Positions 30,580 to 40,569 are shown, counted from the first letter of the stretch. The stretch: DNA of 64,000 bases from Candidatus Saccharimonadota bacterium (GCA_017405225.1 JAFRAV010000010.1:1862-65861); one strand, 5' to 3'. The notes: generated by a model not told the origin, from the sequence alone. Translations and numbers: made by a program.

Positions 30580-30607
30580 AATACCACCTTTTGCAGGTGG
30601 TATTTTG
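30580..30607 (+). terminator. Intrinsic terminator
   Basis: AATACCACCT-TTTGC-AGGTGGTATT followed by T. Confidence 0.75.
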
Positions 30608-30656
30608 ATTGAACAGGTAGTATAATAAAGTAAACATAAGAGGAAGGTAATACTAA

Positions 30657-31598
30657 ATGTGTACGAGTATTCGTTTTAATGACGACAATGGTAATATGTT
30701 TTTTGGGCGTAACTTAGATTGGTCTGCAGGATATAATCAAAAAGTTGTGATAACACCAAAAGGATATAAATATAATTCTGCTTTCCTTGGGGAGATTCTG
30801 CCTCGTTACGTAGTTATTGGTATGAGCATCGTTCAAGAGAATAAGCCATTATACTTTGATTGCGCTAATAATGCAGGTCTAGCCATTGCAGGTCTTAATT
30901 TTCCAGGCTACGCTCAGTATGAGCCTGAGCCAATAGAAGGCAAAACCAACGTTGCTGCATATGAGTTCCCGCTTTGGGTAGCTATGAACTTTGAGACGGT
31001 AGATGAAGTTGAGTCAGCACTTAAAGATGTTGCAATTGTAGCAAAACCAATTGACAACAAGTATCCTGTTTCGCTTTTGCATTGGATGATTGGTGACAAG
31101 CAACGTAGTATTGTTGTAGAGTATACCAAGGATGGGCTCCAAGTTTTTCATAACGATATAGATGTTCTGACCAACCAACCTGGATATGCTTGGCACAAAG
31201 AAAATCTCCGCAACTATATGAATCTTGCTAGTCTACAACCAGAAAAAGTAAATTGGGGCAAGGCCGAGATAAGACCTTTTGGCACTGGCTCTATGATGCG
31301 CGGTTTGCCAGGCGATTATTCTTCGCCATCTCGCTTTGTGCGAGTAGCATATCTAAACTGTCATTATCCAAAACAATCCACAGAAGAAGGGAATGTATCT
31401 CGTCTATTCCATACGCTAGCCGGAGTTTCAATGATAGATGGAGCTGCCGCAATGGCAAATGGCGATTTTGAAAAGACTATCTATACTGGTGGTTTTTCTG
31501 CTGCTACTAATACTTATTACTGGAGCACTTACGATTCTCCAACAATTCAAAAAGTTTCACTTTCTGACTTTGATATAGAAGGCACTGAATTGATTTAA
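30657..31598 (+). CDS. bsh: Choloylglycine hydrolase (bile salt hydrolase / penicillin V acylase family, Ntn hydrolase)
   Basis: MCTSIRF (Cys2 nucleophile), FGRNLDW, GLNFPGYA, LTNQP, PGDYSSPSRFVRVAY. Confidence 0.88.
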   Translation: MCTSIRFNDDNGNMFFGRNLDWSAGYNQKVVITPKGYKYNSAFLGEILPRYVVIGMSIVQENKPLYFDCANNAGLAIAGLNFPGYAQYEPEPIEGKTNVAAYEFPLWVAMNFETVDEVESALKDVAIVAKPIDNKYPVSLLHWMIGDKQRSIVVEYTKDGLQVFHNDIDVLTNQPGYAWHKENLRNYMNLASLQPEKVNWGKAEIRPFGTGSMMRGLPGDYSSPSRFVRVAYLNCHYPKQSTEEGNVSRLFHTLAGVSMIDGAAAMANGDFEKTIYTGGFSAATNTYYWSTYDSPTIQKVSLSDFDIEGTELI

Positions 31599-31599
31599 A

Positions 31600-31621
31600 A
31601 AATCGGCCATTTTGCCGATTT
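31600..31621. terminator. Hairpin between convergent bsh and tRNA
   Basis: AAATCGGC-CATTTT-GCCGATTT. Confidence 0.6.
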
Positions 31622-31631
31622 AAATATAATC

Positions 31632-31707
31632 TGGTGGGGGCACCTGGGCTTGAACCAGGGACCAATCGGTTATGAGCCGACTGCTCTAACCACTGAGCTA
31701 TGCCCCC
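31632..31707 (-). tRNA. tRNA with CAT anticodon, Ile2 (lysidine) type
   Basis: GGGGGCATAGCTCAGTGGTTAGAGCAGTCGGCTCATAACCGATTGGTCCCTGGTTCAAGCCCAGGTGCCCCCACCA; full cloverleaf with encoded CCA; Ile2 versus elongator Met is inferred from the D-arm pattern. Confidence 0.9.
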
Positions 31708-31756
31708 AGAAGTCTAGACTTATTTTAGCACAAAATGATATAATAAAAAAGCATAA

Positions 31757-32185
31757 ATGGAAAGAGTAAAGACAGGGTTGCGCCGAACCAAGCTTAGGAT
31801 TAAAAGGTGGTTTTCTCAAGATCGCATTGGTTTTTTGATTGCTGCTATTGTTTGTTTGGCTTGGACGTGGGGAGCAGTTTCTTCTGCTAGCCGTAACTGG
31901 CAGCTAGAGCAGCGCCTTGGGAACAAGAGAAGAGAGTTAAGATTATTGCAATTAGAGATAGACACAATAGAATTAGAGAATCAATATTATGCATCTGAGG
32001 AATATCAAGAATTAGCCGCCAGGGAAAAGCAAAACAAAATAATTGATGGCGAATCGTTGGTTTATCTTCCAGATAACTCAGATTATGCAAAACATAAAAA
32101 TAACATAATCCAGCCAGAGATAAAGGATGCACCAGAAGAAAAAACTAATTTTGAGCAATGGATATCTTTTATACTAGGCGGTTAA
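31757..32185 (+). CDS. Septum formation initiator (FtsL/DivIC-like) protein
   Basis: Short basic N-terminus, one TM, coiled coil, YQELAAREK. Confidence 0.65.
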   Translation: MERVKTGLRRTKLRIKRWFSQDRIGFLIAAIVCLAWTWGAVSSASRNWQLEQRLGNKRRELRLLQLEIDTIELENQYYASEEYQELAAREKQNKIIDGESLVYLPDNSDYAKHKNNIIQPEIKDAPEEKTNFEQWISFILGG

Positions 32186-32245
32186 ACGCGGATTGTTTTC
32201 TCTAAAAATATTTCAAAAATATAATGCTTATGATAAAATATAGGC

Positions 32246-32980
32246 ATGGACACTGCAGAAGGTCAAAACAACACCAATATTTCTTTTGATTCACAAAAAA
32301 TAGGGGCTCGCCCTACGGTTGATTATTTTTCCAACATTGATGGAAATAGGAAAGACAACCAAAAAATTCAGCGTAGGCGCACCAGAGTTACAAGAAAAAC
32401 ACTAGCTATTATTCTTGCGGCTTTGGCGGCAGCCTTGGTAGTAGTAACAATTATTTTTCTGATAAATGTTTTGGGTGGTCCAAAACCAAGACAGTATAAT
32501 TCTAACGATTTCCCAGAAAACATTAACGAATTTGAGGAAAAAGCATACAGTTTAGTTTATTCAGAAGGCTGGTCTTATGGAGAGGTTAGTACATTTATAG
32601 ACTATGCTATTGCCGACTCCAAAGATGCAGACCGCACCTTGCAGCTAAAGCTGCTGAGAATTGAGTTTTTGCGATTGGCCGGCTATACAGAAGCCGCAGA
32701 GGGAGAGCTAAAGAATTTACTAGAGAATACTTATGCAGATTCGCAAAAGTATTTGGTTTTGATGGCGGCTGCAAATTTCTACTATAATACCGGTGATGTA
32801 GATTTAGCATTAACTTATCAATGGCAAGCTAATCAACTAGATGTCCCACAAAACCAAGGGGAGTATCTGGATGATTTTAGTGCAGACGAGCCGTTTAATC
32901 CAGAGACAGATCAATATACTTGGGATCAAAGTTCAGAAGACACTACGTTAGAAGACGAAGGGGAGAAAGAAAATGAATAA
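32246..32980 (+). CDS. Single-pass membrane protein with TPR-like helices and acidic tail
   Basis: One TM, helical repeat pattern, D/E-rich C-terminus; overlaps the next gene. Confidence 0.65.
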   Translation: MDTAEGQNNTNISFDSQKIGARPTVDYFSNIDGNRKDNQKIQRRRTRVTRKTLAIILAALAAALVVVTIIFLINVLGGPKPRQYNSNDFPENINEFEEKAYSLVYSEGWSYGEVSTFIDYAIADSKDADRTLQLKLLRIEFLRLAGYTEAAEGELKNLLENTYADSQKYLVLMAAANFYYNTGDVDLALTYQWQANQLDVPQNQGEYLDDFSADEPFNPETDQYTWDQSSEDTTLEDEGEKENE

Positions 32981-35900
32981 AGTCAACAAATTCATAGTTC
33001 TAAGTGCACTTTTGATACTTACTACAGTGGTGGTAAGTGGTCTATTTAGTGTTAATGTCTTTGCGGCAGAATGTACTGGCCCTGGTGGTACTTGTGGCTC
33101 TGGCCCAGGTGCAGGTAGCCAAGGTGGTGATGCTACTGCTACACTTTCTACTCGTTCAGTAGGATGGGTATATATTCCACTTAATAACGTTCAAAGTGTA
33201 GCGCCTACAATGTCTTGCAACGGCGGAACATGTACATTCCCTGGTGTACATACAGCACATACTAACATTAGCGGTGGCTCGTTTACCGATTTGCAACAGG
33301 CAAAAGGTATTTATGTCTATGGCGCACTTGCTCAGAAAAATGGTAGTGTTAATGGCGTGCAGTATAAAGCAGGTCAGCTAATCACTCCTATTGGTATTAG
33401 CAGCTCTTCTGACGCGGCTTGGCGTTTGCCACAATATGGTGGTTATGCACGTCAATCACCTTATGCACTTAATTTTAATGATGTTAAGGCTAGATTTAAT
33501 GCGCTGGTAGCAGCTGGCAAGATTCACCCTGGCCCTACACAACATTTTGGTGTAGGTAGCACACTTAGTATGTTTGCTGACTGGGATGGAGTAGTAACTC
33601 CAGCAGAGACCCCTACTCCTACCCCTACGCCAAAGCCGCCAGTTACTCCACCGCCATCAGAGGATTGTGGCGATGGCTATAATTACGGTGACACTGATGG
33701 TAAGGTCAGTGTAGCAAACCTTACTAAGGACAACGTCTGGGTGTCAGACGGCTATGTTTGGGCGCGCCCTGGTGATACTATCCGCTTTACCATCTCATAT
33801 TGTTGGGCTGCACAAGGTGTAAGAGGAGGCGTTAATAATAGCTCCTCGCCATTTGCTGTGCCTTCTTATTATCATAATTATTTCCGCATAGAGGCTGATC
33901 CTACTAACGATTATTTCTTTGGCGAACACGATTTACAAGCTGGCAATACTTACTATCTTAATAATTATCAATCTTCCCCAAGGAGTGCAATTCCTGGTGT
34001 TGGATTCTTTGACCAGACTGGTAGTTGGAAGTTCCAGATTTATTCGCCTAGCAGTAGACCAGCTTCGCAGAGCATGTACAATTGTCAGGTAAACGATTTC
34101 TTGCCACACTTTGTATCTTATGGCTTCCAAATTCCGGGTTATGAAGGTAATTGTCCGGCAGCTAGTATGACTGGAAATAGCACTGGTTGGTATGATGTTG
34201 GCAAGGATACAACTAGCTCCAATCATGTAGGCGAGGCTATTGCCCAGCATCTATATTACAATAGGGTGGCCGCCTGGCGTAAGTATAAATATTATAATAA
34301 TGGTGGATATTGTACTGGCTGTGATCACTATGTTAATTATGCTTGGTGTGGCAAAGAGTATGATGGTGGTGCTAAACCACAGTGGGAGTACAACACGTTA
34401 GAAGTCCAGAACTGTAATTATGGCTGGCCATTTAGCAGTTTGTGGGAAGCGCTCAATAGCTGTGGTGGAGATTCTTGGGGTAGAGTAATAAAATTCCGCG
34501 ACAATAGTTATCACAATACCAATGCTCCTGCTTGTGATAGTGGTGGCTCTTGTGCTCCTAACGCTTGGCGCAGATGGAATCCAAAAGCTGGCGAGCCAAT
34601 TTACGGTGATCCTAGATGGGTGATTGATCTGGCTACTGGTATTGCAGAAGAAAATATCATTGGTTATGAACCTGATTATTTACCATGTACTGTGTGCCAT
34701 ACAAACGATTTTGGTAGTGTGGATTCAGAGGTAAATGGCTATGCCGGCAAAAACTGGTGGATGCCGCAAATTGATTATTCTACTGACTGGGATGATTATG
34801 GAGAACAGCATAAATGGGCAGGAGTAAAAACCCCATTTAACTACACTACAGAAGTTGAATCATTTATTGAGGGCCACGGTAATGGTGTAGTGTATCTAGG
34901 TGATGGTGTGTCATCTCACTTTACTGTATCTATCAATCCACGTATTAATACTAGCGTTCGCCCATCAGAGGCTTATGCTACTATTGTAGATGGTCACGCA
35001 AAGGCTTATGAATTTATTGTGGCAGAAGATGGAAGGATGAACGATTATTCTATACAGGGTTCTAAGACAGCCTATGGCAACCCATGTGATTATTATGGTA
35101 GCAGGATGACAATACTTGCTTGCAACGAAATTGAGAACGATGGTAGAGATATTCTAAATGATTTAGATGGTCCACTTAACCCACAGGGCCTATATGCAGG
35201 CATACAATATACTTGGGGTACAGATGCTCGCCAGGTGCCAGATATTTATCCAGTTGGTTCTAAATATTGTGTAGCAGTATATGTTAGTACATCAGATAGT
35301 CATGGCAGACCAAATGATTATTCAGTTGATGGAATGAGTGATCCATATGCATATACAAATGTTTCTGGTGCGTCTTGCCGTACTATTGCTAAGCGCCCAA
35401 GTTTCCAAGTTTGGAACGGTGGTCTTTATTCGGCTGGTAGCATCCAAACTACTAACTCACTCAAAAAAGTAGATGCAACTCTAGGAGCATATAGTAGTCC
35501 GGATTCTATCTTTGGCTCTTGGGCAGAGTATTATGTAGCAGCACAAGGCACTGTATATGGCTTATCATCTGGCGCAGCTACAGGCTACTTTGGCAAAGAA
35601 AACAATACGTCACTAGGTTTACGTGGTGGCGCGCCAGCCAATGCTAATAACTGTGATATTACTAAAATGACTATTGCAAATACAACTTGTAATACTCAAA
35701 CTACTGGCTCTTCAAATATTCATAACATTTCTCAAGAAGTAATTTTGCAAAGACTTCGTGCACGCTATACTATTGAAGATTCAGGTTATAATTCAGGCTC
35801 TTTTGCTGGTGATAAATTAGACAATGGTGCACGTTATGTAAAGAGGACTGATAATATCAGAATAAGCGATATAGTAAATGCACTTTATTGGAGTAGCTCC

Positions 35901-36548
35901 GCTGATGATACTAAGGAGAGAAACTGTTTGCGCTGGAATGGCGGATGGGCATTAACTATGTGTAAAGGTGAGAGTAGAAATGAGGACCAAGTGACAGCTA
36001 ACTATGCCAGCAATACATTGATTATTCATTCCAACAAAAAGGTAATAATAGATCGTAATATCTGCTATGGCGAAGGCGCTTGTAACGATCAAAACAATAG
36101 TATCCGGCTTGGCGATAATGATCAAACGTTTGATAGTATCTACAGTCTGCCACAGGTGCTAATTATCGCAGAAGAGGGCATTGATATAGAAAGAGAAGTC
36201 AACCAAGTAGATGCCTGGCTAATTACAGAAGGAGAGATTGATACCTGTTCAAATGGATTTAAACTAGGCGATAATGAATCATCTTGTAAAACTACTTTGA
36301 TGGTAAATGGCCCAGTGTTTGCATCGTCTATGCAGTTAAATCGTGTTGGTGGTGCTAATCCAGGCACGGGTGATACATCAGGCGGCGTGCTAGATAGGGA
36401 ATTGTCTGGTCACGGAGACAAAGGTTCTATTAATTCTGGAGAGATCTTTAACCTTCGCCCAGACGTACTATATTGGGCGTACTCTCAAGCGCAAAGATTT
36501 TCTCAAGCCAATGTAACATATACTGGAGAGCTAGCCCCAAGGTTCTAG
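32973..36548 (+). CDS. Large secreted Cys/Trp/Tyr-rich protein, candidate pilus tip adhesin
   Basis: Sec-type signal (SVNVFA-AE), PT linker, 1191 aa, directly upstream of four minor pilins. Confidence 0.7.
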   Translation: MNKVNKFIVLSALLILTTVVVSGLFSVNVFAAECTGPGGTCGSGPGAGSQGGDATATLSTRSVGWVYIPLNNVQSVAPTMSCNGGTCTFPGVHTAHTNISGGSFTDLQQAKGIYVYGALAQKNGSVNGVQYKAGQLITPIGISSSSDAAWRLPQYGGYARQSPYALNFNDVKARFNALVAAGKIHPGPTQHFGVGSTLSMFADWDGVVTPAETPTPTPTPKPPVTPPPSEDCGDGYNYGDTDGKVSVANLTKDNVWVSDGYVWARPGDTIRFTISYCWAAQGVRGGVNNSSSPFAVPSYYHNYFRIEADPTNDYFFGEHDLQAGNTYYLNNYQSSPRSAIPGVGFFDQTGSWKFQIYSPSSRPASQSMYNCQVNDFLPHFVSYGFQIPGYEGNCPAASMTGNSTGWYDVGKDTTSSNHVGEAIAQHLYYNRVAAWRKYKYYNNGGYCTGCDHYVNYAWCGKEYDGGAKPQWEYNTLEVQNCNYGWPFSSLWEALNSCGGDSWGRVIKFRDNSYHNTNAPACDSGGSCAPNAWRRWNPKAGEPIYGDPRWVIDLATGIAEENIIGYEPDYLPCTVCHTNDFGSVDSEVNGYAGKNWWMPQIDYSTDWDDYGEQHKWAGVKTPFNYTTEVESFIEGHGNGVVYLGDGVSSHFTVSINPRINTSVRPSEAYATIVDGHAKAYEFIVAEDGRMNDYSIQGSKTAYGNPCDYYGSRMTILACNEIENDGRDILNDLDGPLNPQGLYAGIQYTWGTDARQVPDIYPVGSKYCVAVYVSTSDSHGRPNDYSVDGMSDPYAYTNVSGASCRTIAKRPSFQVWNGGLYSAGSIQTTNSLKKVDATLGAYSSPDSIFGSWAEYYVAAQGTVYGLSSGAATGYFGKENNTSLGLRGGAPANANNCDITKMTIANTTCNTQTTGSSNIHNISQEVILQRLRARYTIEDSGYNSGSFAGDKLDNGARYVKRTDNIRISDIVNALYWSSSADDTKERNCLRWNGGWALTMCKGESRNEDQVTANYASNTLIIHSNKKVIIDRNICYGEGACNDQNNSIRLGDNDQTFDSIYSLPQVLIIAEEGIDIEREVNQVDAWLITEGEIDTCSNGFKLGDNESSCKTTLMVNGPVFASSMQLNRVGGANPGTGDTSGGVLDRELSGHGDKGSINSGEIFNLRPDVLYWAYSQAQRFSQANVTYTGELAPRF

Positions 36549-36558
36549 AAGGATAAAC

Positions 36559-37461
36559 ATGCAAAAGAGAAAAGGATTTACAATTATAGAAGTTTCTCTT
36601 GTGCTAGGCATTTCTGCTCTTGCTGTGGCCGCTTTTATGGCGACAATTGGTGGTAGAATTAGCGCTCAAAGATATAACGATGCTACTAGAGGTTATGTTG
36701 ATTTTCTGCAAAAGATTTATTCAGATGTAATAAATGTTCAGAATTCCCGCTCTGGCGAGATTGGAGATGAGGCTAAATATTGCACGGTTTCTAATCAATA
36801 TAACATTAGCCATGATGCTTTTGCTAATGGAGATTATGACAACGAATATCCTGGTCGCTCGGCTTGCTCTATCTATGGCAAACTAGTGACTTTTGGCGAG
36901 AAAGACGAGGATAAATTATACATATATGACGTAATTGGCAAAGCGCTAGACCTAAACGAGACGTTAGGTGGTTCTGCTGGTAACGTTGCTGCTGAACTAG
37001 CAGATGTCTATGCGGATGTTTTGGCACTAAAAAGAAATAGTGGTGGTACTTGCAAACTTGCACCAGCTGGCAATTCTTATAGCTATACTCCAGAATGGGG
37101 GACTAGAATAGAGACCACAGATCGCAACTTACTTAAAGGCTCTCTCTTGATTGTGCGTTCACCAAAATCTGGTGCCGTTAGGAGCTTGTTTATGCCGCGT
37201 GTTTTAGAAATCCAAAAAGCCATTAGTGATAACTCAAACGTTAACTGTGACAACACAAGCGTTGATAGTAGTACTAGACTAGAGCCACTGCTTAGAAACG
37301 GTGATTTTAAACAAGAGAATGTTGATTTTTGTGTTAGTACCAATGGTTTGTTTGTTTCTCAGAGGAGCGACGTCAGATTAAATAGTGACGGTCATAATGC
37401 AACCGCAGTAGAATTAGTAGAAAAAGACCTCAAGCCAGAAGACGGAGGCAATAAATGTTAA
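36559..37461 (+). CDS. Type IV minor pilin (FimU/FimT-like)
   Basis: Class III signal KRKG/FTIIE. Confidence 0.88.
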   Translation: MQKRKGFTIIEVSLVLGISALAVAAFMATIGGRISAQRYNDATRGYVDFLQKIYSDVINVQNSRSGEIGDEAKYCTVSNQYNISHDAFANGDYDNEYPGRSACSIYGKLVTFGEKDEDKLYIYDVIGKALDLNETLGGSAGNVAAELADVYADVLALKRNSGGTCKLAPAGNSYSYTPEWGTRIETTDRNLLKGSLLIVRSPKSGAVRSLFMPRVLEIQKAISDNSNVNCDNTSVDSSTRLEPLLRNGDFKQENVDFCVSTNGLFVSQRSDVRLNSDGHNATAVELVEKDLKPEDGGNKC

Positions 37462-38255
37462 GGAAGACAAGAAGGGGTGATACGCTGGTAGAGGTTACTT
37501 TTGCTATTGCTGCTTTTGCGTTAATTTCTATTATAACTATAAATGTAATGAACTCTGGGCTTAACAAGGCTCAGGCTACTTTGGAATTGACTCATGTAAG
37601 AGGAGAAATGAATGCTCAGGCAGAGGCAATTAGATTTATTCACAATGCCTTTACATTGGAGCGAGAAAGACCAACTAGTGAGCAACAATATCGTGAGCTT
37701 TGGATGTTATTAAGTCGCCAGAAAAATAGCACTGCTTCACCAAGCGCAGTGGTGAATGACCCTGAGGATGTTCCAAACTTAACTGTAAACCGGTCTTGTC
37801 AGGAAATATATGACGGTATGGATGATGGAACGTATAGAGCCTTTATTATGAACACTAGAGTGATTGATCCTACCGACAAAACTTTTGTAGGTGTAGATGG
37901 TCGTAATTTAAGTGACATAGTAATCACTACAAAAAATTCCAGAGACAAATTTATCCCTACTACGCTAAATTCACGAGTTGTGTATGGCAAAAATGAGGCA
38001 ACTACTACTAATAATACGGATGCAGAAATGCTAGAGACTGGCTTTTATCGTGATGTTCAGTATGCAGAAGGCATCTTTATTGTAGCGGCAAGAGATAAAA
38101 CCAATAATGCTAGCCTTAGCTCATCTACGCCCGAATTTTTTGACTATCATATTCGCGCTTGCTGGGTGGCGCCTGGCGATACGGTGCCAACTACAATTGG
38201 CACCATCATGAGACTATACAACCCAGAGTTGGTGGAGGGGGTGGACCTATGGTAA
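37455..38255 (+). CDS. Type IV minor pilin (PilV-like)
   Basis: Class III signal TRRG/DTLVE. Confidence 0.85.
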   Translation: MLRKTRRGDTLVEVTFAIAAFALISIITINVMNSGLNKAQATLELTHVRGEMNAQAEAIRFIHNAFTLERERPTSEQQYRELWMLLSRQKNSTASPSAVVNDPEDVPNLTVNRSCQEIYDGMDDGTYRAFIMNTRVIDPTDKTFVGVDGRNLSDIVITTKNSRDKFIPTTLNSRVVYGKNEATTTNNTDAEMLETGFYRDVQYAEGIFIVAARDKTNNASLSSSTPEFFDYHIRACWVAPGDTVPTTIGTIMRLYNPELVEGVDLW

Positions 38256-39100
38256 GACGCAAGTCAGGTTTTACAATGATAGAAACAACGTTGGCAATGG
38301 CGTTTATATCTGTGCTAATGTTGTTGGTGGCTATTTTGATAATGCAGATATCATCTATTTATACGAAAACTCTTACGCTCCAGTCGGTTAATAATGCAGG
38401 TAGTAGTATCATAGAGGATATGAAGCGTTCCATCAACGCATCTTTGATGGTGATGGATAATTCAAAATGTAGCGCAGTACAAGATGCATACAAAAATACA
38501 TGCAAAGAAGATAAAGCGTATCTATATATATATCAACAATATGAGACTAATATGCTAAGGGATGACAGGAAGAGTTTACCTACTAGTGGGGTATTTTGTA
38601 CTGGATATTATACCTACATATGGAACTCCGGCTATGTTCTATTCAATCCTAGCGCAACGCCTTATAGGGCCAAAATTGTTTATTCCTATAATGGTGGCGG
38701 CAAAACAATTTCTGATTTTCGTTTGGTCCGTTTTCTGGATATCAATGGTAAAGCATGTGAAGGCAAGGTTTCTAATACATACTCGCCTAGCACTGGAGCA
38801 GATAATGTTTGGTATAATTTGGGCGCGGTTGCTGATGAGCCAGCAGAATTATTAGACAACTCTGAGGTGCAATTATCACTTTATGATATGAAAATTTTCC
38901 GTCCTGCCACTCATCCACTTTCTGGACAAGCCTATTATGCTGGCACTTTTATTCTTGGAACTGGACAAGGAGATCTAGATATTCGCGCCAATGGAGATTT
39001 TTGTAAGTCGCCTCCACAGGGCCATGTTACAGAATTTGATTACTGTGCAATAAACAAATTTAATTTCGCCGCTCAGGCAATAGGAGAAGACAATGACTAG
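38249..39100 (+). CDS. Type IV minor pilin (PilW-like)
   Basis: Class III signal RKSG/FTMIE; start moved to ATG 38249. Confidence 0.85.
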   Translation: MVRRKSGFTMIETTLAMAFISVLMLLVAILIMQISSIYTKTLTLQSVNNAGSSIIEDMKRSINASLMVMDNSKCSAVQDAYKNTCKEDKAYLYIYQQYETNMLRDDRKSLPTSGVFCTGYYTYIWNSGYVLFNPSATPYRAKIVYSYNGGGKTISDFRLVRFLDINGKACEGKVSNTYSPSTGADNVWYNLGAVADEPAELLDNSEVQLSLYDMKIFRPATHPLSGQAYYAGTFILGTGQGDLDIRANGDFCKSPPQGHVTEFDYCAINKFNFAAQAIGEDND

Positions 39101-40409
39101 AACGAAGCAGATTAGAACAAAAAGAGGAGCAGTATCGCTCTACGTTGTAGTGTTTTTTGCTGTAATTGTTGGAGTTATCACGCTAGGATTTATCCGTATT
39201 GTAATTAATAATTCTATCGCTGCTGTGAATGCTGATTTGTATTTATCAGCATACGATTCCGCTATGGCCGGTGTGGAAGATGCCAAGATAGCTCTGCTTA
39301 AATATCATGATTGCTTATCTCAAGGTGAGGTAGCTGGTTCTGCCGCTTCTGCAGATGGTACTTGTCCCAAAATCATCTACGAAATGGAAAAAGGAATCAG
39401 GGAAAGCTCTTGTGACGTAGTACAAAAAGTGCTTGGTCGCGCCCAAGAATCAGAAAGAGAAGTAGTAGTCCAAGAAACCCAAACCAAAGAAGCTTTAGGT
39501 AATTCATATGAGCTATCACAGGCCTACACTTGTGTCAAAATTACAGAGGAGAACAATGACTATCGCACTACACTATCCAGAGCAGACGATGTAAGAATTA
39601 TTCCAATTAGGACAGAAGATTTAGCCGGAGTTCAATCTATTCAAATTAGCTGGTTTTCTCAACAAAACAGGAAGGGGAACGTTGTAAATGCTAGCTATAT
39701 GGGTAGTAACTCTCTAAGCTCTAACAACGATAAGTATGCTCCACCTGTAATTACCGTAGATTATTACCAGACCGATTCTTGGAATGGCGAGCCAAATTTT
39801 ACAATAGGGCAACTAAGCGCAAATAACAATAATAGCTCTGGCACTGACCACGCGATGTTGGTACTAAAACCTCAAAATGGTTCTGGTACTAATAGTATTA
39901 GCGCCGACAATGTACTTAATTTATCTGACAAACACGACAATGCTCCGGTTAACGTAAATTGTAATATTAGCAACGATTTTGCCTGCACTTTGTCTATGGG
40001 TTTGCCTCCAACTTTTGGCGGCAGTGATCGTGCCAAGGCCACTAGTTTTATTCGCTTAACTTTGCCGTATACCGCACCTGATACAGATGTTTCTATTTCG
40101 CTTTGCAACGATGCCTCATGTGGCGATACTAGAAGATTTGTTGGTGTGCAAGCATCTATTGACTCTACTGGGCGTGCTAATGATTTATATCGTCGCATAG
40201 AATCACGCGTAGAATTAGTAGATTTGTATTATCCATATCCAGAATACACAGTATATCTAAATGGTGCCGGAAATGTTTTGTCTAAGAGCTTTTATGTAAC
40301 TAACGAGTGTTTTAAGGCTGATAATGGCATTGGTGAAACATGCAAAAATAGTGACACTATAAACCCTGATGTGCCGCTGGGTGAGTCAGATCTTATCTGG
40401 GATTATTAG
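39093..40409 (+). CDS. PilX/GspK-like minor pilin
   Basis: TKRG/AVSLYVVVF (no Glu at +5); SAYDSAMAGVEDAK. Confidence 0.8.
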   Translation: MTRTKQIRTKRGAVSLYVVVFFAVIVGVITLGFIRIVINNSIAAVNADLYLSAYDSAMAGVEDAKIALLKYHDCLSQGEVAGSAASADGTCPKIIYEMEKGIRESSCDVVQKVLGRAQESEREVVVQETQTKEALGNSYELSQAYTCVKITEENNDYRTTLSRADDVRIIPIRTEDLAGVQSIQISWFSQQNRKGNVVNASYMGSNSLSSNNDKYAPPVITVDYYQTDSWNGEPNFTIGQLSANNNNSSGTDHAMLVLKPQNGSGTNSISADNVLNLSDKHDNAPVNVNCNISNDFACTLSMGLPPTFGGSDRAKATSFIRLTLPYTAPDTDVSISLCNDASCGDTRRFVGVQASIDSTGRANDLYRRIESRVELVDLYYPYPEYTVYLNGAGNVLSKSFYVTNECFKADNGIGETCKNSDTINPDVPLGESDLIWDY

Positions 40410-40416
40410 TCAATAC

Positions 40417-40457
40417 AAAAATGAGGCCACTATGGGGGGATAAGTGACCTCATTTTT
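40417..40457. terminator. Bidirectional intrinsic terminator
   Basis: AAAAATGAGGCCAC ... GTGACCTCATTTTT between the pilin operon and the convergent tRNA. Confidence 0.7.
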
Positions 40458-40492
40458 ATCTTCAATTATGTAAATCCTACTAGTTGAAAACT

Positions 40493-40569
40493 TGGTGGCG
40501 GGGGTTGGATTTGAACCAACGACCTTTTGGTTATGAGCCAAACGAGCTACCAGGCTGCTCTACCCCGCG
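40493..40569 (-). tRNA. Initiator-type tRNA-Met (CAT)
   Basis: CGCGGGGTAGAGCAGCCTGGTAGCTCGTTTGGCTCATAACCAAAAGGTCGTTGGTTCAAATCCAACCCCCGCCACCA; 1:72 mismatch. Confidence 0.9.

Noticed and set aside
34686-34700. CxxCH (CTVCH) heme-c-like motif in the 1191-aa protein
   Set aside because: One occurrence in a very Cys-rich protein, with no cytochrome c maturation genes in the window; more likely disulfide or metal binding, or chance.
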